Virus record (IMG/VR): IMGVR_UViG_2918486186_000008
Location: 892-64,891 of that record
Length of the DNA stretch: 64,000 bases
Origin: a virus
Reading direction: 5' to 3' (one strand)
Part shown: piece after piece, positions 17,483-26,809 of the stretch
How the letters are laid out: each line of letters starts with the position of its first letter
Numbering within the stretch: position 1 is the first letter of the stretch
The notes under the pieces: model-generated
What the model was told of the DNA's origin: nothing
Database searches by the model: none
Seen by the model: the letters and a program-made list of their open reading frames with translations, nothing else
Made by a program: the position numbers and the translations under genes

Positions 17483-18688
17483 ATGACGATGGCTCGGCGC
17501 GTAACGATTTTGATCGTGGCCGCATTTCTCGGATCGTGCACGCGCATCGGAGTGACAAGCATAGTTGCGGAGAGACAGGATTACAACGAAGCGATTAATT
17601 ACACCTCTACGCAGCAGACTATGGCCAATATCGTTCGATCGTATAATCGGGAAAGTCCGACTTTTTTAAATGTATCGGATATCACGAGCAGCAAATCTTT
17701 GGGCGCAAACTTAAGCGGTGGATCAAGCAACATAGGGGCCATGCTGCCAATCGGCTCGCTTAGCAGCATGTTTTCTGCAAACGATCAGCCAATTGTTAAA
17801 TATACTGCGACAACTGGTTATGATCTTATAAGTCAAATTTCTGATCCAATATCAATCAATGACATATTCAAGTTGACGAGTTCTAACTCTCCCTTGCTGC
17901 CGTTGCTGGTATTCTCGACCAACAGATTTACGCCGGAGTTCGGTGATTATTTTAGGGCTATCGCGATAATCAATGCGCTCGATACGCTTGGCGCCATCAC
18001 TATGCAACAAGCGGATGACGGTGTTGTATCGATTAAGTTCGACGAGCGAGGGTTCGTTTCCAAGGCGGTATCTGATAACCGAGAGGACGCAAATATTGCT
18101 TGTTTTAATTCAGTAAGCTCATCTGGTTTGGCTCGCGGCCTTTGGGCTCAGTTGCTTTCTATTTATAAGCAGCGCAGTCGCAATGAAATACTTCTATTCG
18201 CTGGGCTCACAAAAAGGCGCGAGACGTATATTGTGACACGCTCAGCACTTGGCGCTCTCAGTGTCAGTGGCAATGACCATGACATCGCATTTCTGCCGGA
18301 AATCGAAATAAATCGTATTATACTTGAAAATAAACAACAAGATAACTGCTTACAAGATTTCTATTTCATGGGAAGAGGAGATTTGGGTGTTGCCGAGCTT
18401 TGGTCTTCCTATTACAGGTTGATGGCGTCGAATGAACCGAGTGCCCAAGCCCAATTCGAGTTTCGAAAGCTGGCTGGGCAGCGCGCGTTGATTTTGATCC
18501 AAACTACAAATCATCCTGTCTACGGTGCATTTGCCAGCTACGAGAGAAATGGTGTCTGGTATTCTATCAGGGATGATGACCGAATTTCGAAGAGAAACTT
18601 CTCTCTTTTGAACACTTTGTTGACCATACAAGCCGTGCCCGCCGCTCAACCGACGCCTACGCTCACATCAATCCAGCTTCGGAATTAG
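17483..18688 (+). CDS. uncharacterised lipoprotein
   Basis: Lipobox FLGSC; RQDYNEAI...ANIVRSYNRESPTFLNVSDI resembles a widespread hypothetical lipoprotein family; low GC. Confidence 0.7.
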   Translation: MTMARRVTILIVAAFLGSCTRIGVTSIVAERQDYNEAINYTSTQQTMANIVRSYNRESPTFLNVSDITSSKSLGANLSGGSSNIGAMLPIGSLSSMFSANDQPIVKYTATTGYDLISQISDPISINDIFKLTSSNSPLLPLLVFSTNRFTPEFGDYFRAIAIINALDTLGAITMQQADDGVVSIKFDERGFVSKAVSDNREDANIACFNSVSSSGLARGLWAQLLSIYKQRSRNEILLFAGLTKRRETYIVTRSALGALSVSGNDHDIAFLPEIEINRIILENKQQDNCLQDFYFMGRGDLGVAELWSSYYRLMASNEPSAQAQFEFRKLAGQRALILIQTTNHPVYGAFASYERNGVWYSIRDDDRISKRNFSLLNTLLTIQAVPAAQPTPTLTSIQLRN

Positions 18689-18749
18689 TTATCTTGGCAT
18701 ATTGCTGAATTTTTCGGATCGCCAAGGATCAACGGTTAGGTGGTTCGGT

Positions 18750-19352
18750 TCATTGGAGAGGTGAAGCGGACCGTTTCAGCGAGTTTTCATCCAGCCATTC
18801 GGCGATGACATTGCACACGCCGTTGACCCGGGTCTCCAGGTCGAGCGCCGAGATCCGCACCATCGTCGGGCCGCGCATCATCTGGGCGGCGCCTTCCATG
18901 ATCCAGTGCGTGTGCCACTGGTAGGCGGGGTTGGCCGGCGCCTTGCCGTCGGCGACCTGGTAGGTCGGCAGCGGCACAGGGATGAAGATGATCCCGAAGT
19001 TGCGGTTCGCCAACGACAGGGCGCGCTCGCAGAAGACGCGGATCCGCTCGCCCTGTTCGGGCGTGGTCGCGTGCATGCCCACCTCGGCCATCATGTAGCC
19101 GATCAGGTCGAGCGGCGTGCGGTCGACGAGCACCGGGCGCGGCAGCTCGGCGATGATCTCCGCGTAGCGCTTGAGGTAGAACTCCTGGGCGGCGATGCGC
19201 ACGTCGATCGACAGGTTGCCGATGTTCTCGAAGCCGCCGCCGGCCATGATCTCGGCCGTCTTCATCTCGTGGTAGGTGAAGCCGAGGTTCGCGGCAGCGA
19301 GGCGCGCGAGGGTGCTCTTGCCAGTGCGGCTGGCGCCGGTGAACCCGATCAT
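18750..19352 (-). CDS. P-loop nucleoside/nucleotide kinase (AAA_28-like)
   Basis: IGFTGASRTGKST and VLVDRTPLD; lies next to dut and thyX. Confidence 0.75.
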   Translation of the reverse strand: MIGFTGASRTGKSTLARLAAANLGFTYHEMKTAEIMAGGGFENIGNLSIDVRIAAQEFYLKRYAEIIAELPRPVLVDRTPLDLIGYMMAEVGMHATTPEQGERIRVFCERALSLANRNFGIIFIPVPLPTYQVADGKAPANPAYQWHTHWIMEGAAQMMRGPTMVRISALDLETRVNGVCNVIAEWLDENSLKRSASPLQ

Positions 19353-19606
19353 GGAGTGTCCTGGATGAGCCGGTAGCAGCGTGCGAAGCGCGCGAGCCGG
19401 ATGAAGCGGTTGGTAGGGCGGAACTCTGCCCGGCTGGCCGGGCGGGTCGAGACGCGGGCGATCTGCGTCTCGACGGTGCGGGAGAGGCCGAGCACCGTCT
19501 GGGTCGAGGTCTGCACCTCGATCCGGTCGACGCGCACGTAGCGGGCCTCGCCGCCGGGCAGGCGGGTGTTCGAGATCCAGATCTGCCCTGGGCGAACCGT
19601 GCTCAC
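19349..19606 (-). CDS. hypothetical protein
   Basis: 85-aa coupled ORF. Confidence 0.55.
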   Translation of the reverse strand: MSTVRPGQIWISNTRLPGGEARYVRVDRIEVQTSTQTVLGLSRTVETQIARVSTRPASRAEFRPTNRFIRLARFARCYRLIQDTP

Positions 19607-20238
19607 GCGGGCTCCTCCCCGGTCTCAGGGGCAGCTTCGAGCCAGCGAGGCGGACCCTCGTGCCGGCGCCGGTCGGCCGCCTCCTGCGCGAGCGCGCGGA
19701 GACCGATCTTGCTGTTGCGGTCCATCGGCTTGCCCGACGGGAGAAGAACCTCCTGGTCCAGCACCGAGAGGGGAGGGGAGGGGGCCTGGCTGACGCCCGT
19801 GGAGCCGAAGCCGCCGGTGCCGCGCGCCGTCTCGTCGAGCTCCTCGACCTCCTCGAACACGGCCTGGAACACCGGCACGATCACGCCCTGCGCGATCCGG
19901 TCGCCCGGGGCGACGTGGAACTGCTGGTCCGTGGTGTTGTGCAGGATCACGCCGAGCCCGCCCCGGTAGTCGCCGTCGATCACGCCAGGGCCGTTGTGGA
20001 CGGTGATGCCGGACTTGTTCGACAGGCCGGAGCGCGGGCAGACGAACAGCGCGAGGTGCGCGGGCAGCGACATGGCGATGCCGGTCGGGATCAGCGCGCG
20101 GCCGCCCGGCTGCACGGTGATGTGGTGCGGGATGTCGGCGTGGAGATCCATGCCGGCGGCCTGATCGGTGCCGTAGGTCGGCAGGATCGCGGTCGGGGTC
20201 AGGCGCTTGATGCGCAGGGGGATCTGGATCGTGTTCAC
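19603..20238 (-). CDS. dut: trimeric dUTPase with a C-terminal extension
   Basis: AAGMDL, PRSGLS, GVIDGDYRG and RGTGGFGSTG motifs; GTG start at 20238. Confidence 0.95.
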   Translation of the reverse strand: MNTIQIPLRIKRLTPTAILPTYGTDQAAGMDLHADIPHHITVQPGGRALIPTGIAMSLPAHLALFVCPRSGLSNKSGITVHNGPGVIDGDYRGGLGVILHNTTDQQFHVAPGDRIAQGVIVPVFQAVFEEVEELDETARGTGGFGSTGVSQAPSPPLSVLDQEVLLPSGKPMDRNSKIGLRALAQEAADRRRHEGPPRWLEAAPETGEEPA

Positions 20239-20510
20239 GCTGCGATCCCCTCGACAACGGCCTGCGCGCGGGCGTCGGCCAGATCCAGGATCAGGGTGCC
20301 GGCCGCCTCGAGCGCGGCCTCGCGGGTCTCGTGCGGCCCGTAGAGCTGCACCGTCGTGCCGGGCTTCGCGTCGGGGTCGGGCAGGGTGAAGTAGAAGCCC
20401 GGCCACAGCTCCAGCTTGTTCGTGGCATCGAGCTGGATGATGCCGACGGTGACGGAGGCGAACGTGCCTCCCTCCTCGTCCTTGAAGTCGACCGTTCCGG
20501 TCTCGCTCAT
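20235..20510 (-). CDS. hypothetical protein
   Basis: 91-aa ORF; operator at 20522-20537 upstream. Confidence 0.6.
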   Translation of the reverse strand: MSETGTVDFKDEEGGTFASVTVGIIQLDATNKLELWPGFYFTLPDPDAKPGTTVQLYGPHETREAALEAAGTLILDLADARAQAVVEGIAA

Positions 20511-20574
20511 CGCGGCCTCGTGTGTAAGCGCTGACTTATCTAGGTGGCCGCCGGATGTCCAGCAGCCGGCGATC

Positions 20575-21465
20575 TCAGGCGGCCTCGGTCTCGTCGGCCG
20601 GGCGCAGGAACAGAGCCTTGCCGGCGTAGGGCTGGTCGAACACCGCCTCGCTGTCGAGGAGCTTCCGGTGCTGGATCCAGCCGCGGAAGTTGCCGTGCAG
20701 GTGCGGGTGCTTCCAGGGCTGGCGCAGGCCGGTGAACACGTCGGGCGTGGCCTGGTGCTCGGCCGGACTCGCGTGGACGGGCTTCGAGATGACCAGGCGC
20801 TCGAAGCGGGCCTTCTCAGCCTCGTAGTCGGCGTTCCCGTCGAAGGGCTCGATGGTCAGCCGGGCGCAGCGCGCGGTGGAGAGGACGAGCTGCTCGTTGG
20901 CGGAGATGGTTTCCCTCTCCGCCAATGTCACGAAGGGCATGTGCCACTGCCCGGGCTGGAGGACGCGCGGGGAGGAGGCGTCGAGCGCCGCCTTGATCGC
21001 CCGGGCGAGCGCCTCGATCTCGGGCTGTGCGCCGGCTTCGTCGCGCAGAGCGAAGAAGTTGGCCCAGTCGGTCGACGTGACCAGGACGTCGATCTTGCCG
21101 AACCACTCCAGCGGCCGGTTCGCCCACTGCTTGTGGAGCCCGGCGAAGTGCAGCAGCCGCACGCTGAGTTTTGTCAGCCGGGCTGTGCCGACCCAGACGG
21201 CCCGGGCGAGCCAGTAGCGCCAGCCGGTGAGCTCCTCGCCCGCGGCCATGCCCGACTTGTTCGAGCCGTAGAAAAGCGGCTCCACGATCGGCTCCGCGAG
21301 CAGCCGCTTGGTCGGCACGGCGCGAGAGGAGCGGCCGTTCCGGGAGAAGACGCGGTGGGTCATCATTTCGCTATGAACAAAGCGGCTGTAGCTCAACAGC
21401 ACTGTCGTTAGTCGCTCGCCCTGCGGCGAAACGCTGTCCTCAATTATCACTGCAGAGCGTAGCAT
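20575..21465 (-). CDS. thyX: FAD-dependent thymidylate synthase (phage type)
   Basis: RFVHSEMMTHRVFSRNGRSSRAVP ThyX motif; HASPAEHQA. Confidence 0.88.
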   Translation of the reverse strand: MLRSAVIIEDSVSPQGERLTTVLLSYSRFVHSEMMTHRVFSRNGRSSRAVPTKRLLAEPIVEPLFYGSNKSGMAAGEELTGWRYWLARAVWVGTARLTKLSVRLLHFAGLHKQWANRPLEWFGKIDVLVTSTDWANFFALRDEAGAQPEIEALARAIKAALDASSPRVLQPGQWHMPFVTLAERETISANEQLVLSTARCARLTIEPFDGNADYEAEKARFERLVISKPVHASPAEHQATPDVFTGLRQPWKHPHLHGNFRGWIQHRKLLDSEAVFDQPYAGKALFLRPADETEAA

Positions 21466-22264
21466 CTATGATCTCCAGGAACTCTTCGCCAGTCCGATTT
21501 CGCTTGGCCGAATTACAGGGATGACAGGCCATCACGAGGTTGTCGGCGCTGTGGGCGCCGCCTCGTGCCAGAGGTGTCGCGTGGTCCGCGGTGCGTCGAT
21601 CCCGCTCGGTGAACCGGAGGCAGTAGGCGCAGTCCTCGGTGTCGTAGAGCGCCTTCATGAACTCGTCGGTGACGGTGCCATCGGCCGTCGCCCGCACGCT
21701 CTTGTTGCGCTCGAACTGGTAGATCCGCTGGCGCGCCCGCACCCGCTCCAGGTGACGCGCGCGATGCTTTGCCGTCACCTCGCGCGCCCGCTCTTTGGGC
21801 GCCCGGTAGCGGAGGTTGTGGCACGGCTTGCAGTTCGCCGAGCACCCTCCCAGACCGCGTGCGCTCGGCGAGAAGTCCCCGAGGGGCTTCATCTCCTGGC
21901 AGGTCACGCACAGCTTGTTGTCACCCTCGATCCGCGAGAGGTTCTTGACCGGGATTCCCTGTGCAGCGCGCCGGGCCTTCTCGGTGGTCGTGTGACAAGC
22001 CTTGCACGCGCCGGCGACGCCACCGCGGCCGGACTTGAGAAGCGCGAAGTCTGCCAGCGGCTTCGCCGTCAGACACGCGCTGCAAATCTTCTTGCCATCG
22101 ACGATCGGGCCGGTTGATTTTGGCTTCACCCCGGCGGCGCGGCGCTGCTGGCGGTTGTAGTTGGTCTTGCACGTCCGGCAGTGGCCGTGAGGCTGGCCGC
22201 GCACGACGTTGAAGCGGCCGATCGGCTGGTCCGTCTTGCAGCAGGTGCAAAAGCGCATGGTCAT
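21440..22264 (-). CDS. HNH homing endonuclease with three N-terminal CxxC...CxxC zinc-finger repeats
   Basis: CAYC...ADHATPLARGGAHSADNLVMACHPCNSAK; overlaps the thyX start. Confidence 0.9.
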   Translation of the reverse strand: MTMRFCTCCKTDQPIGRFNVVRGQPHGHCRTCKTNYNRQQRRAAGVKPKSTGPIVDGKKICSACLTAKPLADFALLKSGRGGVAGACKACHTTTEKARRAAQGIPVKNLSRIEGDNKLCVTCQEMKPLGDFSPSARGLGGCSANCKPCHNLRYRAPKERAREVTAKHRARHLERVRARQRIYQFERNKSVRATADGTVTDEFMKALYDTEDCAYCLRFTERDRRTADHATPLARGGAHSADNLVMACHPCNSAKRNRTGEEFLEIIDATLCSDN

Positions 22265-22290
22265 AGCCTGGTCCTCCCTACCAAGGCGCT

Positions 22291-22334
22291 GTGTCATCAC
22301 TGACTTATCTCATATAGCGCACGACCCTCGGGTT
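22291..22334 (-). promoter_or_regulatory. operator plus conserved promoter AACCCGA-N8-CGCTATA
   Basis: Operator 22291-22306, promoter 22313-22334. Confidence 0.75.
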
Positions 22335-22400
22335 TTTTCGCGGCTTGCGCCGACACCTTCTAAGGAGAGCCCCAGAGCGCGAGCCCCGGGGCCTTCGCAG

Positions 22401-22673
22401 TTAATAACTGATACAGCTAATGCTCGAAGAGTCGCATCCGCGCTGCATCAAGCAGGATTTATACTCAACGCAACAAGATGTCTGCATCGCCTTATTGTTT
22501 CCAGCACGCTGTTGGCAGCTATTGTTGCGACTATTGCAGATATTTTGACTCTCAGACGAGCAGGACTGAGCTAAGGTCCATTTGCTCTTCGGCGCGGACG
22601 AAATCTCTGCCAAAGCCGGGAAGCTCGAAACCAAAGCAAACACCGTCGCGGTGATGAGAGAAGCTCGCTTCAT
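22401..22673 (-). CDS. exported 8-Cys small protein
   Basis: Signal peptide MKRASLITATVFALVSSFPALA; C-x7-C-x6-C-x13-CC-x5-C-x5-C-x6-C; low GC. Confidence 0.65.
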   Translation of the reverse strand: MKRASLITATVFALVSSFPALAEISSAPKSKWTLAQSCSSESQNICNSRNNSCQQRAGNNKAMQTSCCVEYKSCLMQRGCDSSSISCISY

Positions 22674-22940
22674 TGTAGTGACCCCCATTCTCAGATGGCG
22701 ACATATGGAGATCACTGATTTCAGTCCTAAGCAAGGCTCAATTTGAGGTATATGCCCCAACGGGACGTCAGACGATCTGCCTTTAGGTTCCATTGGCTCT
22801 TGCGAAACGGTTACACCCTGCTAGTCATCCTCAATGGGCGCTCAGCTACGCCCTTTACCCCGCCGTGTCAGTCGTTTAGGCGAGATCTACCCGCACCCCG
22901 TGCCTGAAGAAGAACCCGACCAACAAGCTGCATATCAGGT

Positions 22941-22984
22941 GGGTCAGTGCTGACTTATCATCCATAGCGCGCGCAGTTCGGGTT
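22941..22984 (-). promoter_or_regulatory. operator plus conserved promoter
   Basis: GGGTCAGTGCTGACTT; AACCCGA-N8-CGCTATG. Confidence 0.7.
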
Positions 22985-23039
22985 TTCTCAGGAACTGAGC
23001 GCTATCGTCGCTCGGCCAACGACGAACCTGGAGTCCAAG

Positions 23040-23456
23040 ATGCCAAGGAGGCCGGTGCAGCCAGCACAGCCAGCGCCCGTAAGGCAAGCAGAGCCTGTTC
23101 AAATACGGAGCCGTGATGCGGTTAAAGCATTCTGTAATTATTGGGAAACCAGCGAGCGCGGAAGCCAGCAGGTAGAACGCTTCGAGCTATTTGAAGCCGA
23201 AGTTGGCATCTCGTGTGGAGGCGAGCCACGCGATTTTTTGACCGATGTCAAAATCAACCCCGATCAGGAGGTTGAGTTGATTGGATCCGGTCAGTTAAGG
23301 ACGAATGATTATCATTTGCTCTTCAACCCGCTTTATCAGGTCTATGAATTTGACGAAGGAACCGGACGACTGCGAATCTCAGGAACCGGTCTGCCCACAA
23401 AGGGCTACATGAAAGGTCCTTACACTGTCGAAATCTATCCAAGCCACAAGAGATGA
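23040..23456 (+). CDS. hypothetical protein (low-GC)
   Basis: 138-aa ORF with SD GGAG, followed by a hairpin at about 23464-23489. Confidence 0.6.
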   Translation: MPRRPVQPAQPAPVRQAEPVQIRSRDAVKAFCNYWETSERGSQQVERFELFEAEVGISCGGEPRDFLTDVKINPDQEVELIGSGQLRTNDYHLLFNPLYQVYEFDEGTGRLRISGTGLPTKGYMKGPYTVEIYPSHKR

Positions 23457-23494
23457 TACGAAAAAGGCCCCGCATCTCTGCGGAGCCTCTATCG

Positions 23495-24087
23495 TCAGAC
23501 CAGCTCGTAGCTGATCCCGTGCTTGCAATTCAGCCCTTGATCCAAAATCCAACTACGGTGCCAATCGCACCGTAGGCCCACTGTTTGTGTTCTGCGTCAT
23601 AAATATCTGATAGTATGATCCAGAAGGCCACGGCTAGCACGATAAGACTAACCAGCGGCTGCATTACATTTTTTACAAACGTTGCGTTGAATTTTACATC
23701 ATCGCGCGAGGGCCGCTTCGTCTTTGCAGGAGGCTTCTTGTCTTCCAGGTGATATACATATTCGGTGCCGTCGATGTTGGTTTCAATGGTGTCAGGCGGC
23801 GGGTTTTTGGGCGCGCCTGAAACCTCCGATGTGTTCCATGATGCTTTAACAATTGCGATATCAAAAACACTCGCTTGCCTTAGCGGTGTGTATAGGCGGA
23901 TAATTAGAAGCGCGATGATTGTGAATGCGAATAAAATTGCCGGAACATAGCTCATTGTTTTTCCGTCCAATCAGACGAGGCGATCAGATTTGGCAGCATC
24001 GGCAACAAACGAGTGTCGAAATTAAGCCTCACGGCTTGGACCGTGAGACTCTGGTTTCAAACCAGTTCGTAGCTGATCCCGTGCTTG
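23495..24087. mobile_element. inserted cassette flanked by a 31-bp direct repeat (duplicated gene end)
   Basis: 23495-23525 versus 24057-24087, 2 synonymous mismatches; both encode KHGISYELV-stop on the minus strand. Confidence 0.75.
23530..23955 (-). CDS. membrane protein (three predicted TM helices)
   Basis: Hydrophobic N-terminal helix and two C-terminal helices; low GC. Confidence 0.65.
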   Translation of the reverse strand: MSYVPAILFAFTIIALLIIRLYTPLRQASVFDIAIVKASWNTSEVSGAPKNPPPDTIETNIDGTEYVYHLEDKKPPAKTKRPSRDDVKFNATFVKNVMQPLVSLIVLAVAFWIILSDIYDAEHKQWAYGAIGTVVGFWIKG

Positions 24088-24215
24088 AGGATGGTCTCGA
24101 CCAGGCGGTCGGGGTCCACCGGGATGCCGAGGCTCGCGTTGAAACGCGCCAGGGCGATGTAGGGGCGGACCCACCATCGCTGGCGGATCCGCAGGCGGCA
24201 CTCCATCGTCGCCAT
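24057..24215 (-). CDS. small hypothetical protein
   Basis: MATMECRLRIRQRWWVRPYIAL...KHGISYELV; ATGA overlap with the nrdJ stop. Confidence 0.55.
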   Translation of the reverse strand: MATMECRLRIRQRWWVRPYIALARFNASLGIPVDPDRLVETILKHGISYELV

Positions 24216-26731
24216 CAGGCGGCCTTCTCCTCGTTGAAGTCGACCGGGCAGCCGCCCGTGCTGCAGTCGACGTGCTCGAAGCCGATCTCCTCCTTGACGT
24301 TGTCGTTGCCGGCGAGCTTGAGGGCAGCCACGATCTTCTCGAACTCGACCTTGGGGAGCGGCTGTTCGGGTTGATATTCGTATGCTGTGACATCGCTCTG
24401 GGGCATCACCGAGCAGCAGCGGATCGAGAACTGGCCCTCGATCAGCGTCTCGAGGAACTGGCCGTAGGAGACCTCCTTCGGATCATACTTGAGCGTGTAG
24501 GAGATCTGGTTGCCGCTCTCGGTCGACAGCGGGGTGACGCCGTCTTCCTCGACACCCGTGAGCCAATACTTCTCGAGGAGCCGCAGGAACTGATACTGCT
24601 CCTCGGGCGTCGCCTCGGCGGCCGTGACCACCCACTGCCCGTCGCCCAGCTCGCAGATCGCGGGCTTGGTCGGGAACCCGACGATGGTCGTGCCGGAGTA
24701 GCTCTTGAGGCGCCGGACCGGGTAGCCCTTCTCCTCGTAGACCTTCACCAGCGGGTCGTCGTTGCGGAACTGCACCCAGCGCAGGAACTCGCGCATCGAG
24801 GGCAGGTGCGCCCCTTCCGTGAGCCCGAACAGCTTCGAGGTGGTGCCGGCCGGCTTGAACGTCGTGTCCGTGTGCGGGACGGTGACGCCGAGCAGCTCCG
24901 AGAACCGGCGCGCCTCGTCGACCACGGCCCGCTTGAACCGGCTCACCGTCAGCCACAGCGCCTTGGACTTCTCCTCGTCGACCAGGTCGTGCCAGGTGAA
25001 GCCGAAGCGGTCGTAGGCCCACTCGTGGAAGCCCGTCATGCCGACGCCGATGCGGTTGGTCCGCTTCACCTCGCGCGAGTAGAGGCTGTCCATCGTGTTC
25101 GTCCGGATCAGCGCCCGCACGGCCGTGCGGAAGGCGTCCTCGGCGTCGTCGTCGCTCGATGCGTGGAAGGGCACCACGTCCGCGATCACGCAGTAGGCCC
25201 CGAGCATCAGGAGGCAGATCTCCCCGCACGGGTTCGTAATCATCGGCCAGCCGAGCGCCGCGCAGGCCTCGACCAGCGACTTCATCAGCGGCAGGGTCTC
25301 GACGTCGAGCTTGAACTTGGCGCTCTCGGCGATCAGGCCGTCGAGGTAGGCGTCCAGGCCTTCCGGCTTCGAGGTCAGCTTGTCCTGGTTGATGAAGCCC
25401 GGCTCACCCGTGCCGTCATGGTAGGCGGCGTGGGCGGCCGCGCGCAGCACCCGGTAGGCGTGCGCCTCGTCGTCGGTGATCTGCCCCGAGAGCTGAAGCA
25501 GGTTGAGGCGCAGGTTGAGACCCTCGCCCTCGTAGCCGCCGGCGAGCTGGTGCAGCTTGCGCACCGCAGACCGGAACTCCTCGTCGATCGTGACCGAGTT
25601 GTTCGAGCTCCAGAGGAAGCCGCCGCGCTTGACCGCGATGAAGTCCAGGACCGTGCGGTCCTTCCAGAACTTCGTGGCCATGCGCGCCGCGCGCCGGGCG
25701 CCGCCCACGAGCACGCACTCAGCGGCGTAGTGGTCGGCGTAGAGGGCCGCGCGCCACGGGGCCATACCGGCGTCGCGAACCTGGGCGATCGACTTGATGG
25801 CGCCCATCAGCGGGCCCGGGCCAGAGGCCGGCCGGCCCTGCATGCCGGCGATCGGCGCGCCGTTCGGGCGCACGTCGGTGAAGTCCAGGATCAGGACCTC
25901 TTCCCGGCGTCCCTCGAACGCGAAGCGCTCGATGATCTCGACGGCCTTGGCCCAGCCCTCACGGGAGTCCGGCACCTTGAAGGTGGTGATCGTGCGCCCG
26001 GCGTAGAGGTGGCGCGCGTCGCGCTCCGTCAGGTAGCCCTGGATCAGGCCCTTGCCGACGTCCGCATGGTTCCAGTCGATGACCGGCACCACGATGGGCA
26101 TCTGGTTGAGGTCGGCCCGGATCATGGCGTCCGAGTAGTCGCGGCCGACGCCGGAGCCGTTGAGCAGCAGGTAGAACAGCAGGAACGTGGTCGCGCTGGT
26201 CGAGCAGTTCGTGAACACCTCCATGTTGCGGTCGCGCTGGGTGGCGTCGCCGTGCTGGAGGTGCCGGCCGCTCATGAGCAGCGAGGCCTGCCGCAGGTGA
26301 TGGTGCATGCGGCCGAACTCGTCGGTGAACACCTTGTTGGTGCCGGCGTCGAACATCGCGTCGACCGGATCCATGCCGGCCGGGCGCAGGCGCGGATCAA
26401 GCGAGGCGTTGCCGACGGCGACCCGGTAGGCGACGTCCGCCCATTCCTCGGTCTGGATCGTGTAGGGCGGGATGAACCAGCCGGACACGGTGACGTCGTC
26501 ACCCTGGTCGACGTGGTAGTCGGCGAGCCCGTAACCCTGGCTCTTGGCGTAGGCAGCGACCTGGCTGTCGAGCGAGGTGCTGTCGTCGCGGGGGATCTTG
26601 AAGGTGACGACGGCTTCCGCCGTGTAGGGCTTCTGGATCTTGCGGTTCACGGTGCGGTCGGCGACCGCCTGCCCCATGCCGGGGAAGTAGGAGCGAGCCG
26701 GGGTCAGCGACTCGGGGAAAAGGCCTGCCAT
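24215..26731 (-). CDS. nrdJ: class II (adenosylcobalamin-dependent) ribonucleotide reductase
   Basis: SSNNSV, GEPGF, TNPCGEI, RIGVGMTG and KPAGTTSKL motifs; C-terminal CSTGGCP; no R2 subunit gene nearby. Confidence 0.88.
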   Translation of the reverse strand: MAGLFPESLTPARSYFPGMGQAVADRTVNRKIQKPYTAEAVVTFKIPRDDSTSLDSQVAAYAKSQGYGLADYHVDQGDDVTVSGWFIPPYTIQTEEWADVAYRVAVGNASLDPRLRPAGMDPVDAMFDAGTNKVFTDEFGRMHHHLRQASLLMSGRHLQHGDATQRDRNMEVFTNCSTSATTFLLFYLLLNGSGVGRDYSDAMIRADLNQMPIVVPVIDWNHADVGKGLIQGYLTERDARHLYAGRTITTFKVPDSREGWAKAVEIIERFAFEGRREEVLILDFTDVRPNGAPIAGMQGRPASGPGPLMGAIKSIAQVRDAGMAPWRAALYADHYAAECVLVGGARRAARMATKFWKDRTVLDFIAVKRGGFLWSSNNSVTIDEEFRSAVRKLHQLAGGYEGEGLNLRLNLLQLSGQITDDEAHAYRVLRAAAHAAYHDGTGEPGFINQDKLTSKPEGLDAYLDGLIAESAKFKLDVETLPLMKSLVEACAALGWPMITNPCGEICLLMLGAYCVIADVVPFHASSDDDAEDAFRTAVRALIRTNTMDSLYSREVKRTNRIGVGMTGFHEWAYDRFGFTWHDLVDEEKSKALWLTVSRFKRAVVDEARRFSELLGVTVPHTDTTFKPAGTTSKLFGLTEGAHLPSMREFLRWVQFRNDDPLVKVYEEKGYPVRRLKSYSGTTIVGFPTKPAICELGDGQWVVTAAEATPEEQYQFLRLLEKYWLTGVEEDGVTPLSTESGNQISYTLKYDPKEVSYGQFLETLIEGQFSIRCCSVMPQSDVTAYEYQPEQPLPKVEFEKIVAALKLAGNDNVKEEIGFEHVDCSTGGCPVDFNEEKAA

Positions 26732-26769
26732 TTTCGTCGATCTCGATTGCGGGGTTGGAGAGTGTAGGG

Positions 26770-26785
26770 AAGTCAGTGCTGACTT
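26770..26785. promoter_or_regulatory. perfect operator palindrome upstream of nrdJ
   Basis: AAGTCAGTGCTGACTT. Confidence 0.75.
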
Positions 26786-26809
26786 ATCAGACTGGACAAG
26801 CGAAGCCGC

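Noticed and set aside
24272-26767. Very long plus-strand ORFs opposite core genes (also 12357..14126, 37950..39506, 48754..50118, 50239..52614)
   Set aside because: Antisense frames kept open by high-GC codon bias; no motifs, SD sequences or promoters support them.
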